Positions 38,792-51,723 of a stretch of DNA of 64,000 nt are shown one piece after another (position 1 is the stretch's first letter; every line of letters begins with the position of its first letter). The stretch covers positions 145,700,001 to 145,764,000 of the forward strand of contig OZ024743.1 in the NCBI GenBank assembly GCA_964016885.1. The letters are read 5' to 3'. A program made the translations under genes and the position numbers. The notes under the pieces are model-generated. The model saw only the letters and a list, made by a program, of their open reading frames with translations, had not been told where the DNA came from and made no database searches. This DNA is from Eledone cirrhosa. Taxonomy: Eukaryota.

Positions 38792-39651
38792 CTAGCTGAC
38801 GTACCCAGCTTCGCCCGGGTAAACAGATGATAAAAGAAGACAGGTAAAAGAGAAAATGACTGTATTGGATGTTTGTCTGGTTACAGTATGAGCCGAGTCC
38901 GTGGTGTCTGTGTGATACAAAAAACACTAAAAGAAATCTTCCAGATATACCAGATTCTTCGTTGTACCGTTTGTGCATAGTATATGAACAATTCTAGGTG
39001 CTCCCACCTAGAATAGTGACCTCTAGGAGATGATGGTTCATCTTCTGCCTGACTGTAAAATGTGTATAATTGCATGGACGTGGTTGTTCCACGTTTCTTA
39101 AAAGGATGATGGAAGTTCCAATCTTTTATATTATATGTAGATATAGATATAGATAATTAATATAAAAGATGATGCTCAGCCAGTTCGTCTTCAACCATCG
39201 CAGCACACCGTCGCTGCTTGGCTCCAGTGTTTCGTTGGCGTTGTTCAGCCAGCTCCTCTTCATTCATGGCGGCACGTCTTCGCCTCTGAAGTTCGGCGTT
39301 CCGATGGCGCTGTTCGGCCCGTTTTTCTTCATTCCTGGCTGCACGCCATCGCCGCTGTAGTTCACTGTTTGATAAAGTCGAATTGCTTTTACTTTCTGTG
39401 GAACGCTGCACGCATGCACACACACATAAGCATACGCGCACGTACATACACACGCATACATGGTAATAGTTACAGCGTTCACCTAGCCTCTCTGTTTTTA
39501 ACTCTCCCCTTTCACTCCCTCATTGGCATTATGCATATTAATTTAAGTTTGGCGTCTTTGAGGTTGGCGGAGTCGTTCGAAACCTATGAACCAATGATAA
39601 TAGAGAATTATGACACACGGCATACTGACGTTCTTGAAATTAATAAATAGA
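38792..39651 (-). mobile_element. Helitron internal-deletion derivative (unit 1)
   Basis: a|TCtatttattaa at 39651; hairpin + CTAG at 38792-38795. Confidence 0.87.
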
Positions 39652-40131
39652 TATGTTCTTGCCATCACGTTCTCTAAATTAATATTAAGTTTGGAAAGGG
39701 GACAAAGTAAAATTTTCGATGTAGAAATTTCTCTATTGTGAAAAGTGATAACTGCAAAGAAAAAGACGTCTGTTTGGAATAGATACCATATTTTTTCTGG
39801 AAATGTCATCTACAATATAATAACATGTGTGCCAACATATTCTTTAACTATCATACACTTGATCCAACTAAGAAGCGTCTTCAAAATCACTGGATCTGCT
39901 AAAAATAAAAGACAAACAGGAAATGAAAGAAACGGCCTTCAAATTAAACCAAAATGGCTTTAAACATTACACATTTAATAATGTAGCCCTGAGTCCAGCA
40001 TTGCTGAACAAAACGATGAGAAGAACAAAAAAGACAGGAAAAGAAGGAAAAGAGTAAGAAAAAAATAATTATGCAACTAAAGAAAGATAAAGTGGGAAGC
40101 CACAGGCTCAACACCCAGTCTGAGCAGTGTT

Positions 40132-41365
40132 TTAGCTGCGCCTCGCTGACAAAATGGTAAGGGTACTGCCATGGAGAATGATCAGTGATACCAGCTGCAA
40201 CAGCCACTCTACCTCACGGAGCTCCTTCCTCAGGTGGGTTATTTTGCTTCCTATTTTACGAAGGAAATAATCAATGCGGGGACCGAAGACGCCTGAGGTC
40301 TCGACGGCGACCGATACGAAAATAAAGTGGTCGGTCAAACCCCTGTATTTAGTTATCTTCCTCTCGTTTGCATTGCGGATGGTGGTACCTGGATTTGCGA
40401 CCGAAGTGACAAGGTTGGAAGCGGAGAACGAGTTGCAACCTGTTGCGTCCCAAATTAGGGATTTACCTCCTTCAAATAGGAAGAGGGTTATTTCGTTGAG
40501 GTGTTTACTATCAACACGGTCGAGGCCAACTGGCTCCAATTTTGACGGGAAGCCGAGGCTTCTACTGATGATGTCGTTCTGAGCAGTGTGTAGGGAAAAC
40601 TGGCCTGTACTATAGTGCATGATAGAGGGTGAAAACCGAACATGTCGACAACAGCTCGCATCACGGCATTTGTGTGGCTCCTACACCCAGAGGCCAAGGT
40701 GCAAGGCCACTCCGATGCAAGTGCACTCATCATCAAGAAGGGTACCGGTTGATGAGGAAGGCACAGAGTTGAACCTCACGCCGCTGTTTGGTTGCGAGGC
40801 TGACAGAGGCAGGTGAGACGCTGTTTAGTCCAAGGAAGACTCAATCCGCCTGACGGTAGACCTGCACTTGACGTCGTCCTAATTACGTTGGATATATGTA
40901 TACTAGGGGGCGGCAAAGCCTTCGTCTGTCCAATCGGCCAGAGCTGACTCCATTTCCATCAGGTTCACGTCAGGTTCTACCGTCTTTCGGGGGACCTCAC
41001 TGATGAAAATGCGGCTAATTGCAATAGGCCGGCAGTGCCAGGTCTGAAGTGGAACCGGAGGCCGAAGCCACCGAATTTCACGGGGAGTTCCGCCTGTTGC
41101 CTGCCAGCGCTATCAAAATTGACATTGCAGATGTGTTCAGCACAGCGTCGGGTAGTGATATCGAGCTCAACGAGGTGATCTGCGAAAGGATGACAAAGCG
41201 CACAGCATGAAGATGAGTTTGGGAAGGACAAAACAGTTCCTTGGTTGGAAGAGCGCCAGATGCGCGTCAATGAAGCGCAATCACTCCGTCTTCCTCGACA
41301 GGTCTGCATACTTAGTCTGTAGGCACTATCGTATGGCTTTCGGAAGGATTGGCGAAGATCCATAA
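40132..41365 (-). mobile_element. CRE-like non-LTR retrotransposon 3' portion (RT end, CCHC, restriction-like endonuclease), decayed
   Basis: LPVKFGGFG, HPLSC, HTAQNDII, IWDAT, KITKY, VAVETSGVFG motifs typical of RLE-encoding LINEs. Confidence 0.8.
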
Positions 41366-42861
41366 TGTGTGAGGGGTGGTGGTCATGGCTGTGTGGTTAA
41401 GGAGTTCGCTTCGCAACCACGAGAGTTTGGGTTTTGTCACTCTTCACGGCACCTTGACAAAATATCTTCCACTATAGCCACGGATTCACCAATATCTCAT
41501 GTAGTGAAATTTGGTGGACAGAAACTGCAGAAACCCGTTGTGTGCGTGTATTTACATTTGTGTCTGTCTCAGTTTATGCCACGTAACTTAGCAGTTCAAC
41601 AAAAAGATATCGATAAAATAAATACAAGAAGAACAAGTATTGGTGTTGATTTAATCGACTAAATCCTTGAGGTGCTTCGGCAGGGCCGAAGTCTAATGAA
41701 TGAAACTCGTCAAAAGATAAAAGAATACTGAAAGGTAAACGACACTAAAGACTTGGCAAGTATTTAGATTGTATGTGAGAGTGTGTGCGTGAAAGAGAGC
41801 GATTGAGTGATGTGTGTGTGTGTGTGTGCGTGAAAGAAAGCGATTGGGTGATGTGTATGTGTGTGCGTGAAAGAGAGCGATTGAGTGATGTGTGCGTGCA
41901 TACATGTGCATACATGTGCGTGCATACATGCGCGTAGAAAAAAACAATATTGTGAATTTTAAAAAAATGCTATTAAGGGGCAATTAATATGTGTTGTTGC
42001 GTCAGCTTAAAATGTCAGGAGAATTGAAACATTAAAACATTCAAACATTCTCCAAATTTACAAACAGTCCCGCGGGGAAGAAGCTTAACATTTATCAAAA
42101 ACTCATTAAAAAAATACATTCATAGAGACCCTTCAGGTCTCAAGTTTTCTTGTAAATATTTCCTGTAGAAGAATAATTGAATTATCGAAGTTTTAAAGAA
42201 GTTAACAACAATAATTAATAACAACAACAACCAACAACAATAACATAAAGATGCCAACGTGTGATCGGCTTCGTGGTCGTTCGACCTGTTAGAAATGGCA
42301 GCCAAATTTACTTCAAATCATACTATGCCGTCATAAAGAACGAGCGTGTTGGATAATGTGGTCCTTAGTTTCTTGCGCACAGGAAAAGACGGGATGGTCG
42401 TGACTGGAATGCCTTTCATCATAGTTCTGTTCAATTGGTGTTGACCATGGGTTAAACAACAACAACAACGTACATATATATAATGCCTGAGAATTATACG
42501 AGAAAGGAAATTAAAACTTGTGATGTCTATGCTTTGGAAGAGGGACACGGGGTGGTAAGGGAATCGAAACCCGTTCGCTGAATTGGTTTACCGAAAGAGA
42601 ATTGTCAGTTCTAGATACACAGACTCTAGATACACAGACTCTAAATGCACGTAAACATAATGCTGGTTCCTTTTGCTGTTATTAGTATTTTATAAGTTTA
42701 TAATGGAGAGAAATTAAATTTTGAAGTATTCATGCATTTCTAAATGACGAGTAAAGGAGCTGCATTTTATTCAACACAGAATCGAAATAGAACAAATACG
42801 TTATTCAAATTTAGAGGAGCCCAACAGTATTTACCAAAAATACAAATAGAAAGAATGTCAT

Positions 42862-42943
42862 CGGACCTGTCAACTGTCCCCGTCCGAGGCACTTTTTTTT
42901 CATTGTACTCCCCGTTTTGGGTTTTTAGCGGTTGGTAGGTCTA
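42862..42943 (+). mobile_element. Short MITE (family of 48922-49102)
   Basis: Imperfect TIRs cggacctgtcaac / gttggtaggtcta. Confidence 0.6.
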
Positions 42944-43222
42944 CTGACATAGAGAGGCAATATTGTTAAACTGATAAATGGTATCTGATAAATGGGGAGA
43001 GAAAGTGGAGAGACAAGTCATGTAAATTTGAAGCAGAGAGAGCCATGAAAGTTTGAAAAAACACAAAGAGTGAGCGGGGAGTAATAGAGGGGGGGGAGTA
43101 AAAGGGAGAAGACAGACGGTGCAGATGATAGAAAGAAAAAGAAAAAGAAGAGACAAAATAGAAAAATATGAAAAAAGAAGACCAGACATATGAGAGAGAC
43201 AAGAAGAACAAATTTAAACACA

Positions 43223-43420
<198 letters not shown>

Positions 43421-44436
43421 AAGAATAGAGAGAATTATTTTTTTAAATACAATAGTCAAGACAAATTCTGACAAAAGATTAATATTTTATGGTGAATAAG
43501 AAGGTGAAGGTGAGGGTTTAGTATGATGATAGTGATGGAGTCGATAGCTACTTGGTGGCGGTGGGGTGTTAAGGTGTTGATGGTTTCGTTGTGACGTTAA
43601 CAGCTGTAGTAAAAAAAAAATAGATAACAGTGGCAATGGCTTCTGATTGTTATAGTTATTTCGTTATTAATGTTGATGTATAGTAATCTGCACTAAACTC
43701 TACTCGAACAGACATATGCTTGAATAGAAACCCCGTCGTTCCATCGACATTTTTCATGTTAGAATCCCGTCTACGTTGTTATTATTGTTGGTGAGGATTT
43801 GTTTAACCCTAGCGAACAATGATCAAGCCGACTTATAATCAAAGCGTTCCAACCACGATCATGCAACCTTATTTTCAGAAAATGTGTTCAGGATTACATC
43901 AGCCGATCCAATATAACCTTTTTTTCCCAAAATGGTACGGTGTCATCTGTTGAAAATGGCTGCTGTTTCTAAAACGACTACGTAGAGACTTTCCTGTTAA
44001 TTTGTTCCGCCTGAGATTTGTGAATACAGTCCTTAAGATTAAGTCGGTTGGAAGATTTTTTTTTATGTTTTATGGAGTTGTGCTGATACACATATGAATA
44101 GTGTAGAAATATGTATAACGACATCTATCCTGTTTTGGAAATAGTATGCTGTTTTTATTGCAGGAAAATAGATACATAGGCAGATATTTATAGTAGAAAT
44201 CCGAGTTATGGTTTCCCAACTTTTTCCTACCGAAAAATTGTCAATTCGGAAGAGTCGGCTAACAATCGAAAATCTATTGTTATTGTGGCGTTTGTCCAGT
44301 TCTCCAGTTGTCATTGTTTTCTTTCGTATGCATACTGTTACGTTTTCCACGTGCTTGTGTTTTGTCCTGTTTTCCACTCATGCCCAATGATGTAATAGTT
44401 ATCTATAAATATCTGCCTATAATATCTGCCTAATAT

Positions 44437-45340
44437 CTGATCAGCATTACTACGCCCCTGCCTGCAGAACTGGGAATTCTCCCGTTCTCCTGCCAGTTGC
44501 AGTAGACGGCTTTGAGGAGGCCAGAGAACAAGTCCGGCATGCCTATGTAAAACTCGTAGAGTAGACCATATAGACCGGGTGATTTGCCTTTCTCGCAGCG
44601 GCCCAGAGCGTCCCAGAGCGTCCCGTATCTCAGTGGCTGTGACCAGTCTTTCGCAGAACTCGGCGTCCATGCTCGAGAGACGCGACAGGCCGTCGAGGTA
44701 TGAACCGAAGTCTATTGCCTCGTTCGGCGCACCGTCGCTCTGCTCGAACAGTTGCGCAAAGTGCCGCTGAAAGGCCGTGCACATCCGCTTGGAGACAGAC
44801 AGATAGGCAGATAGGCAGATAGATAGGTAGATAAATATAGAGTCAGATATATAGACATATAAATGCTGTTTTTATTGCAGGAAAATAGATATTTTCCTGC
44901 AATAAAAACAGCATTTATATGTCTATATATCTGACTCTATATTTATCTACCTATCTATCTGCCTATCTGCCTATCTGTCTGTCTCCAAGCGGATGTGCAC
45001 GGCCTTTCAGCGGCACTTTGCGCAACTGTTCGAGCAGAGCGACGGTGCGCCGAACGAGGCAATAGACTTCGGTTCATACCTCGACGGCCTGTCGCGTCTC
45101 TCGAGCATGGACGCCGAGTTCTGCGAAAGACTGGTCACAGCCACTGAGATACGGGACGCTCTGGGACGCTCTGGGCCGCTGCGAGAAAGGCAAATCACCC
45201 GGTCTATATGGTCTACTCTACGAGTTTTACATAGGCATGCCGGACTTGTTCTCTGGCCTCCTCAAAGCCGTCTACTGCAACTGGCAGGAGAACGGGAGAA
45301 TTCCCAGTTCTGCAGGCAGGGGCGTAGTAATGCTGATCAG
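44437..45340. repeat. ~451-bp-arm palindrome with 2-nt spacer
   Basis: 44437-44887 is the reverse complement of 44890-45340; identical ORFs on both strands in the ORF track. Confidence 0.93.
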
Positions 45341-47504
45341 GAAAGACGAGAACAAGGGGGGCGAACTAAGCAACTTTAGGCCCATAACTCTGCTCAACAC
45401 GTAACTCTGCTCAACTCTGCCCGTGGGAATTTAAAGATTTTGGCCAAGGTGTTGGCAACCAGATTGGCGCTTACTATCGAGTACCTGGTAGAGAAAGCAC
45501 AAACGTGTGCAATCCCGACGAGGTCCATACACGACAACCTCCACCTCATGCGATACATAATAGAGAGGGTGGGGCGTAAACCCGGCTTCGGTGGAGCTCT
45601 GATCAATTTAGATCAGTCTAAGGCATTCGATAGGGTCGACCATCGATACTTGGAAGCGGTTCTCAATGCGGCTGGTTTCGGACCCGTCTTCAGAGGCTGG
45701 ATCGCTGCAATGCACACCAACATCTGCTCGACGGTCAAGGTGAACTGCTACCTATCGGATCCATTCGCAATCACGCGTTCCATCCGACAGGGATGCCCTC
45801 TCTCCTCCATTCTGTACGTGTTGACTCTGGAGCTACTACTGCGGAAGTTGGAGCTGCTGCAGGGCATCCCGTTGAAACCGGGACTGCGGAAAGCGGCGTC
45901 GGCTTATGCCGACGACGTGACAGTAATGGTGTCGGAAACCTCGGAAATCGGGGCGATCGGCAACTTACTGCAGGAATACGAAAGGCTCACAGGAGCAAAA
46001 CTGAACCCGGACAAGTCTGTCGGTTTGCAGCTCGGAACGTGGAGAGGCAAACCGATGCCGTCCGACGACGCTGTCGGATGCTGGACGGACTGACCAGTGT
46101 AATTGCTCGGGGTCTGGTTCGGTCCGGACCTCCAGGTGGAGAAAAACTGGAACGAGGTCACGGCCAAGTTATTTGCGTTCACCCAGAAGTGGGCAGAGTG
46201 CAAACTATCCTTGAAAGATCGAGTGGAGGTGGCGAACACTTTCATAGCGTCCGTCATCTACTATCGCTTGACCGTCGTGCCTTGTCCCCGTGAACACCTC
46301 ACCAAGATGGAACGCATGCTCTTCCAGTTCCTTTGGAAGAAGCAGGCTCCACTGATGAGGAGATCCGTCTTCTGTCAGTACCCTTCCAACGGAGGGCTGG
46401 GAATGCCGTGGCTGATGATGTGCAAACATGCGCTGAGGCTACGGCATCTCCAGGTATTCTTCACCGACCAACCGGTGTGGGCACCGTTTGTGAGACAGGC
46501 CTTCCCGCAACTTGTCTCGCTGATGGAGCTGCAGTCCTGGGTCAAGAGGCGACTGAAGAAGATGGGCGCCTGGCACATTGAATGCGCTCAGGCGCTCACA
46601 GTCAAGCGGGCACAGCAATCAGTGGAGACTCCACTTCGACATTCTATAGAAGGTTAGTACATCACAAAGGCGACGACGTGCTCGGAGAGACTCTGGGCGT
46701 CAAAGACGACGAACTCACCAGTCTGTTTGGTAGGACTTTCCGCCCGGGACCTATGGACAACTTCCAGAGGTCCCTGGCCTGGCAGTGTTACCGAGGAGCT
46801 CTACCAGTTCGAGACAAGATCTACAGACTCGGACGCCCCGGCAGGCATCCAAGAGGACGTGTCCAGGATGCGAGCAGGACATTGAAACTATCTTGCATGC
46901 AATTGTACACTGCCCGGGCGTAACCGACCTGTGGAACTACGCAGAACAACTGCTGTCTCGTATGGGACAAATTCAGTTGACCGCCGAGTTCATAGTAAGG
47001 ATCAAACCGCCAACTTCTTTCAAAAACGAATGAGAGGCGGTTTTCCTCTGTACGGTGGCTATGGTGGAAGAAGTTATATGGTGGACGAGATTGAGAGGAC
47101 TGAGGACAGATGCCTTTCTCTCCGGACAACAACTCATTCCCTTCTTTATTTGCCACTTTAGAAGGATAATCAGAGTGGAGAGAGAGGCACTGCACCCCAG
47201 TAAATTTACTGAAAGGTGGGTGAATGTAGCAAAAATGGCGCGGGTGATTGGGCCTTCTCTGTATATAAGCCTGTAGGTTAAAGAAGAGAGCAAAAGGAGC
47301 ACTTGCACAACACGCTCCTGGAGTTGAGGATTGTTCTATCGACGGGGTATTAAACAACCCATTTGTGGCGTCTCCCCCCTATTGGGGATTTCGATTGTTA
47401 AATTTGTTTGTTTCAATATTTTTACACGACTGTATGTAAAATCCCCGGCATGTGTCTTTGTTTTTTCCCCCTTTCTTGTGCGCCCTTGTGGCAAATAAAG
47501 AAAT
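44985..47504 (+). mobile_element. 5'-truncated Tx1-clade LINE, copy D (subfamily of B/C)
   Basis: LDQSKAFDRVDH, RQGCPLS, YADD and C-terminal zinc finger; 3' end ggcaaataaagaaat; both flanks are degenerate TATC/TGTC repeats. Confidence 0.92.
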
Positions 47505-48010
47505 ATATATGTCTGTCTGTCTGTCTGACTAACTGTCTATCTCCCTTTCTGTCTGTCTGCCCTATCTATCTACCTGCTTATTTAAGCAAATAAAGAAATA
47601 TATCTGACATCCGATCTATCTTTCTACCTAACATTCTCTCTATCAACCTACATATCTACCTATCTATCTACCAACCTACCCGTCTATTTATCTGTTTGAC
47701 TCTCTATCTATTGCTATCTATTTATGTATGTTTACTAATGTATCTATCTTCAGACAATAATAACAACTATAAAACACAAATCACAGTAGTACAGTCTGAA
47801 GATAAATAGATACGCAGGTAGAACAAAACCATTATTGTAATTATTGTGATTGATTTAAATTAATGTAGAATGAAATACGATGATGGCCGAAGTCACAAGA
47901 GCGAGAAAGTCAAAGAAGACTCGAGAATTCATGCATCCTTACATAGAATTTTGTAATCAAGAAATTATCAAATTAAATCTTTTTTTTTGCTATATATATA
48001 TATATTTAAA

Positions 48011-48110
<100 letters not shown>

Positions 48111-48261
48111 AAAAGGTATGACCCCGACGGCATAGCTCAAGCTGTTTCGACGGCTATTTCTGGACTAAATTAGAATTTTTAGCCCAGTAAATAAATCTAC
48201 CCCAAGTATTGAGTACTCTGGTGCGTTATGGTCCATCTGGTTCCTTACCACAATTCCTTCG

Positions 48262-48437
<176 letters not shown>

Positions 48438-48921
48438 ATATATATTTTCATGTATGTGCATGTATAAATATTTATTTATGGGGGGTGCGTGAATTCGTGC
48501 GTGTAACAAGTAAGAGGTAAATTATATCTTGCACTTGTCTTGCAGCATAAACTAAAAATATATTTTTTTATCTGCTGCCAGATTATGTTTTGTCAGTCTC
48601 GCTGGGACATGTGATATAATGCTGAATATAAGTTCACAACGGCCTATATGGTTATCAGAGAAAATACATTTGATTTCGAACCTAGAAACCTCATTTTACT
48701 CAGAACTATTTTGTTTTCCCTTGTTGTAATTGTTGTTTTATTACGAATGTATGACAACGTTAAGAAATACTACTTTATTTTTTAGTTGGTAAATAGGAGG
48801 AATATGAGATAGAAGTGACTGAATGAGAAATAAACAGATAGATTGTTGTCGTTGTTGCTTATCCGTGCCCAACCCTACTCAAGCGGACTTATGATCAAAA
48901 GCATTTCAAATATGACCATTG

Positions 48922-49102
48922 CAGACCTGTCAACGGAGAGATCTCCCACCCACTTTCAGGTGAGTGAGAGATGTCTTCTCTTGTGAAAATGAGTATAATT
49001 TTCATTATATAAAATCTCCTCATTTTGCCTCATTTCTCCCCGTTTTGGGGCACTTTTTTTTCATGGTACTTCCTGTTTGGGTTTTAGAGGTTGGCAAGTC
49101 TG
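48922..49102 (+). mobile_element. MITE with ~13-bp TIRs (hAT-like, superfamily uncertain)
   Basis: cagacctgtcaac ... gttggcaagtctg (11/13 match); flanks ccattg / ccatta. Confidence 0.7.
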
Positions 49103-50367
49103 CCATTACATCATTCTATTTTTCAGGCATGATGGACCACCTGGGCATGGGGTACGTGGTTAAGAAGCTCACTTTGCAATCATGAAGTACCGGATTCGAT
49201 CCCATTGTGTGGCATCTTGGACAAGTGTCTTTACCATATTCTCGGGAGGATCCAAGTCTTGTGGGTGAAATTGGATGGATGTGAACCGTGTGGAGGTTAG
49301 CCAGATGAATTGTATCTGTAATTCAAAAATCAAACCTTATCACATATTGTTTTACGCTGATTATGACTGAGAATTATGTAAAGGGTACATGTCTGTAGAG
49401 TACTCAATTACTTAGACGTTCATTCACGAATTCAATTTATCAAACACTTGAATGCTCGTCGTCGAAACCGAATTACATTACTCAGTGTATTCTTCTTTCT
49501 ATTAAGTTGGTAGGATGTGATTTGATGGATGTTTTGTTGTTCTTTCTAGCAGAGTCGCCTTGGTCGAAGTCAACGTTGCTTTTTATCTTTCTGAGATCGA
49601 TAAATAATGTACCAGCCAATGGTGGTAAATTGATGAAGCCGTTAGAAACTCGGATATGTTGCCTTGTGCTATTTGTTCTAGCTCTTGACGTTCTAACTTC
49701 AAATCCCGCCGTGGACTACTCGGATGGTCACCCGGTTTAACAGCAGCACCTGGCCCTCGAGAACCTCGGACCAGTCCATTTCTCTATGTTGAGAATACCT
49801 TCCTCTCCCTCACTAGTAATAGAGGCCCCTGAAAAAGATAATAGGCACTGCCCTTCCTCCTGGCTAAATGATATAACAAAAAGGTTGAATAGTTACGTGG
49901 AGCCTACCACGTAGACAGATATGTTGATACAGACAGATGAAATATCTTGTAAACCTTATTGAGTTATTATAAAATACTTCGCTTTCACGTAACTGATTTG
50001 GTTTATTGAGAACTTTTGGCAGGGGTGGTAGGAATGGGAAAAGAAACCTTGATTCATGAGTTATCCCCAGACCAGAGACATAGGCTGAATACTTGCAGCC
50101 GAGTGGGACTCCACTAAAGATCCCACGGGACAGATGGTAATGATATATGTGAATATTAGAACCAGAAACTTCGTGGAGATTTAACTCTTCTTTTAGGAAG
50201 ATAGTTTTTCTTGTCCAAAATTAGCGGACGTGTGTGGGGTGAAATATCTTCTGGCAAGAATCGAAAGAAATAATATGCCAATATTAATAAAAAACGATAA
50301 TAAAAACTAAAGGATTTTTTTTGTTTCTAATCTGTAAGTTCAAATTGGCCAAGCTGTTGAAAGCCGT

Positions 50368-50402
<35 letters not shown>

Positions 50403-50553
50403 ATACTTTGGGAGGGTCATGTTGCCAATAAGAAACACACGCACCAGTTGCTTTCACTTCAATCTAATTTATTATATATTTATAAATTTACAAATTTATA
50501 AATTTCTGGTTGGTTGGTTGGTTCCACAACCAGATAGTTGTTTATATATATAT

Positions 50554-50598
50554 AGTCATAGTTCTTTCGTCACACACTCTGTGACCTCTTCAGTGACT
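50554..50598 (-). ncRNA. Type I minimal hammerhead ribozyme motif
   Basis: AGUCA-CUGAAGA-g GUCAC agagugu GUGAC-GAAA-G aa C-UA-UGACU: full core, perfect 5-bp stems I and II, minimal stem III. Confidence 0.78.
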
Positions 50599-50714
50599 GG
50601 GGATTTCTTTCTTCGTTTCTGAACCTTTCCTTTCTAACAATATCCAAAGTATAACAATATCGGTTTCAACACACGATTTCAGATAAAGAATCTTGCTAAA
50701 CAAATTCAGAAACG

Positions 50715-50772
<58 letters not shown>

Positions 50773-50776
<4 letters not shown>

Positions 50777-51503
50777 GAAAGGTATAGAAATTGTTGTAGC
50801 GAGAAGCTAACAGTATTCCATAACATATATGCGACTATGGCGTCAAGATGGGTAAAATAGTTAACGTAAGATGTAGGGAAAATAATTCAAACTCATTTCA
50901 AAAGAGAATCAGGATATAAATTCATCCACAGAATTTAGTGAAATCCAGGGAAAAATCAATAGAGCCTTAACTCATGATAAAATAAAGTCTAAAATACTTA
51001 TCCTTCAATTTGGAAAAACATCAAATGCTCTGTATAGTCTTAAAGACTATTTCATGAAAACTTTCAGTGGAGATGGTCACGGTTGGATTTCAATCGTCAG
51101 CAGATCTCAACCAGATAACCAGGACTCTCACAGATTTATAAGCCAAAAAGGGAATTTTAAAACTGGCTAGTTCACCATCATGCGTGATTATGAAAAACGC
51201 ACATGAGGAAAAACGGGGCTAGTGACGTCAGAATGAAGCGAATGTTTGTTTACAAGAAATAACAGTCAAATACATTCTGAAAAAAACTCTACAAAAGGAG
51301 TTCAGCAAAAAGCAATATTATCGCAGTTTTTATTAAAAAAACCGGGATTAGTCACAAATAATTTAAGCACTCTAGGAAAAAAATCCGAGTATAAATATAT
51401 AAATGAAAGGGATAGAAATTGTTGTAGCGAGAAGCTAACAGTATTCCATAACATATATGCGACTATGGCGTCAAGATGGGTAAAATAGTTAACGTAAGAT
51501 GTA
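50773..51503 (-). mobile_element. Hammerhead-bearing non-coding element with 103-bp terminal direct repeats (628-bp period), retrozyme/Penelope-like
   Basis: 50773-50875 repeats at 51401-51503 (one mismatch seen); flanked both sides by (TA)n; contains the hammerhead at 51029-51104. Confidence 0.7.
51029..51104 (-). ncRNA. Type I hammerhead ribozyme motif with long loop II and stable stem III
   Basis: UCUG-CUGACGA-u UGAAA (~28 nt) UUUCA u-GAAA-UAGUCU uua AGACUA-UA-CAGA. Confidence 0.75.
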
Positions 51504-51528
51504 TATATATATATATTATATATATATA

Positions 51529-51625
<97 letters not shown>

Positions 51626-51662
51626 GGATTGGACACTACCGTAAACTCTTGGTAGATTTATC

Positions 51663-51723
<61 letters not shown>

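Noticed and set aside
47742-47811. Inverted pair tatcttcagac / gtctgaagata containing CUGAAGA
   Set aside because: No downstream GAAA/UH arrangement; a short inverted repeat only.
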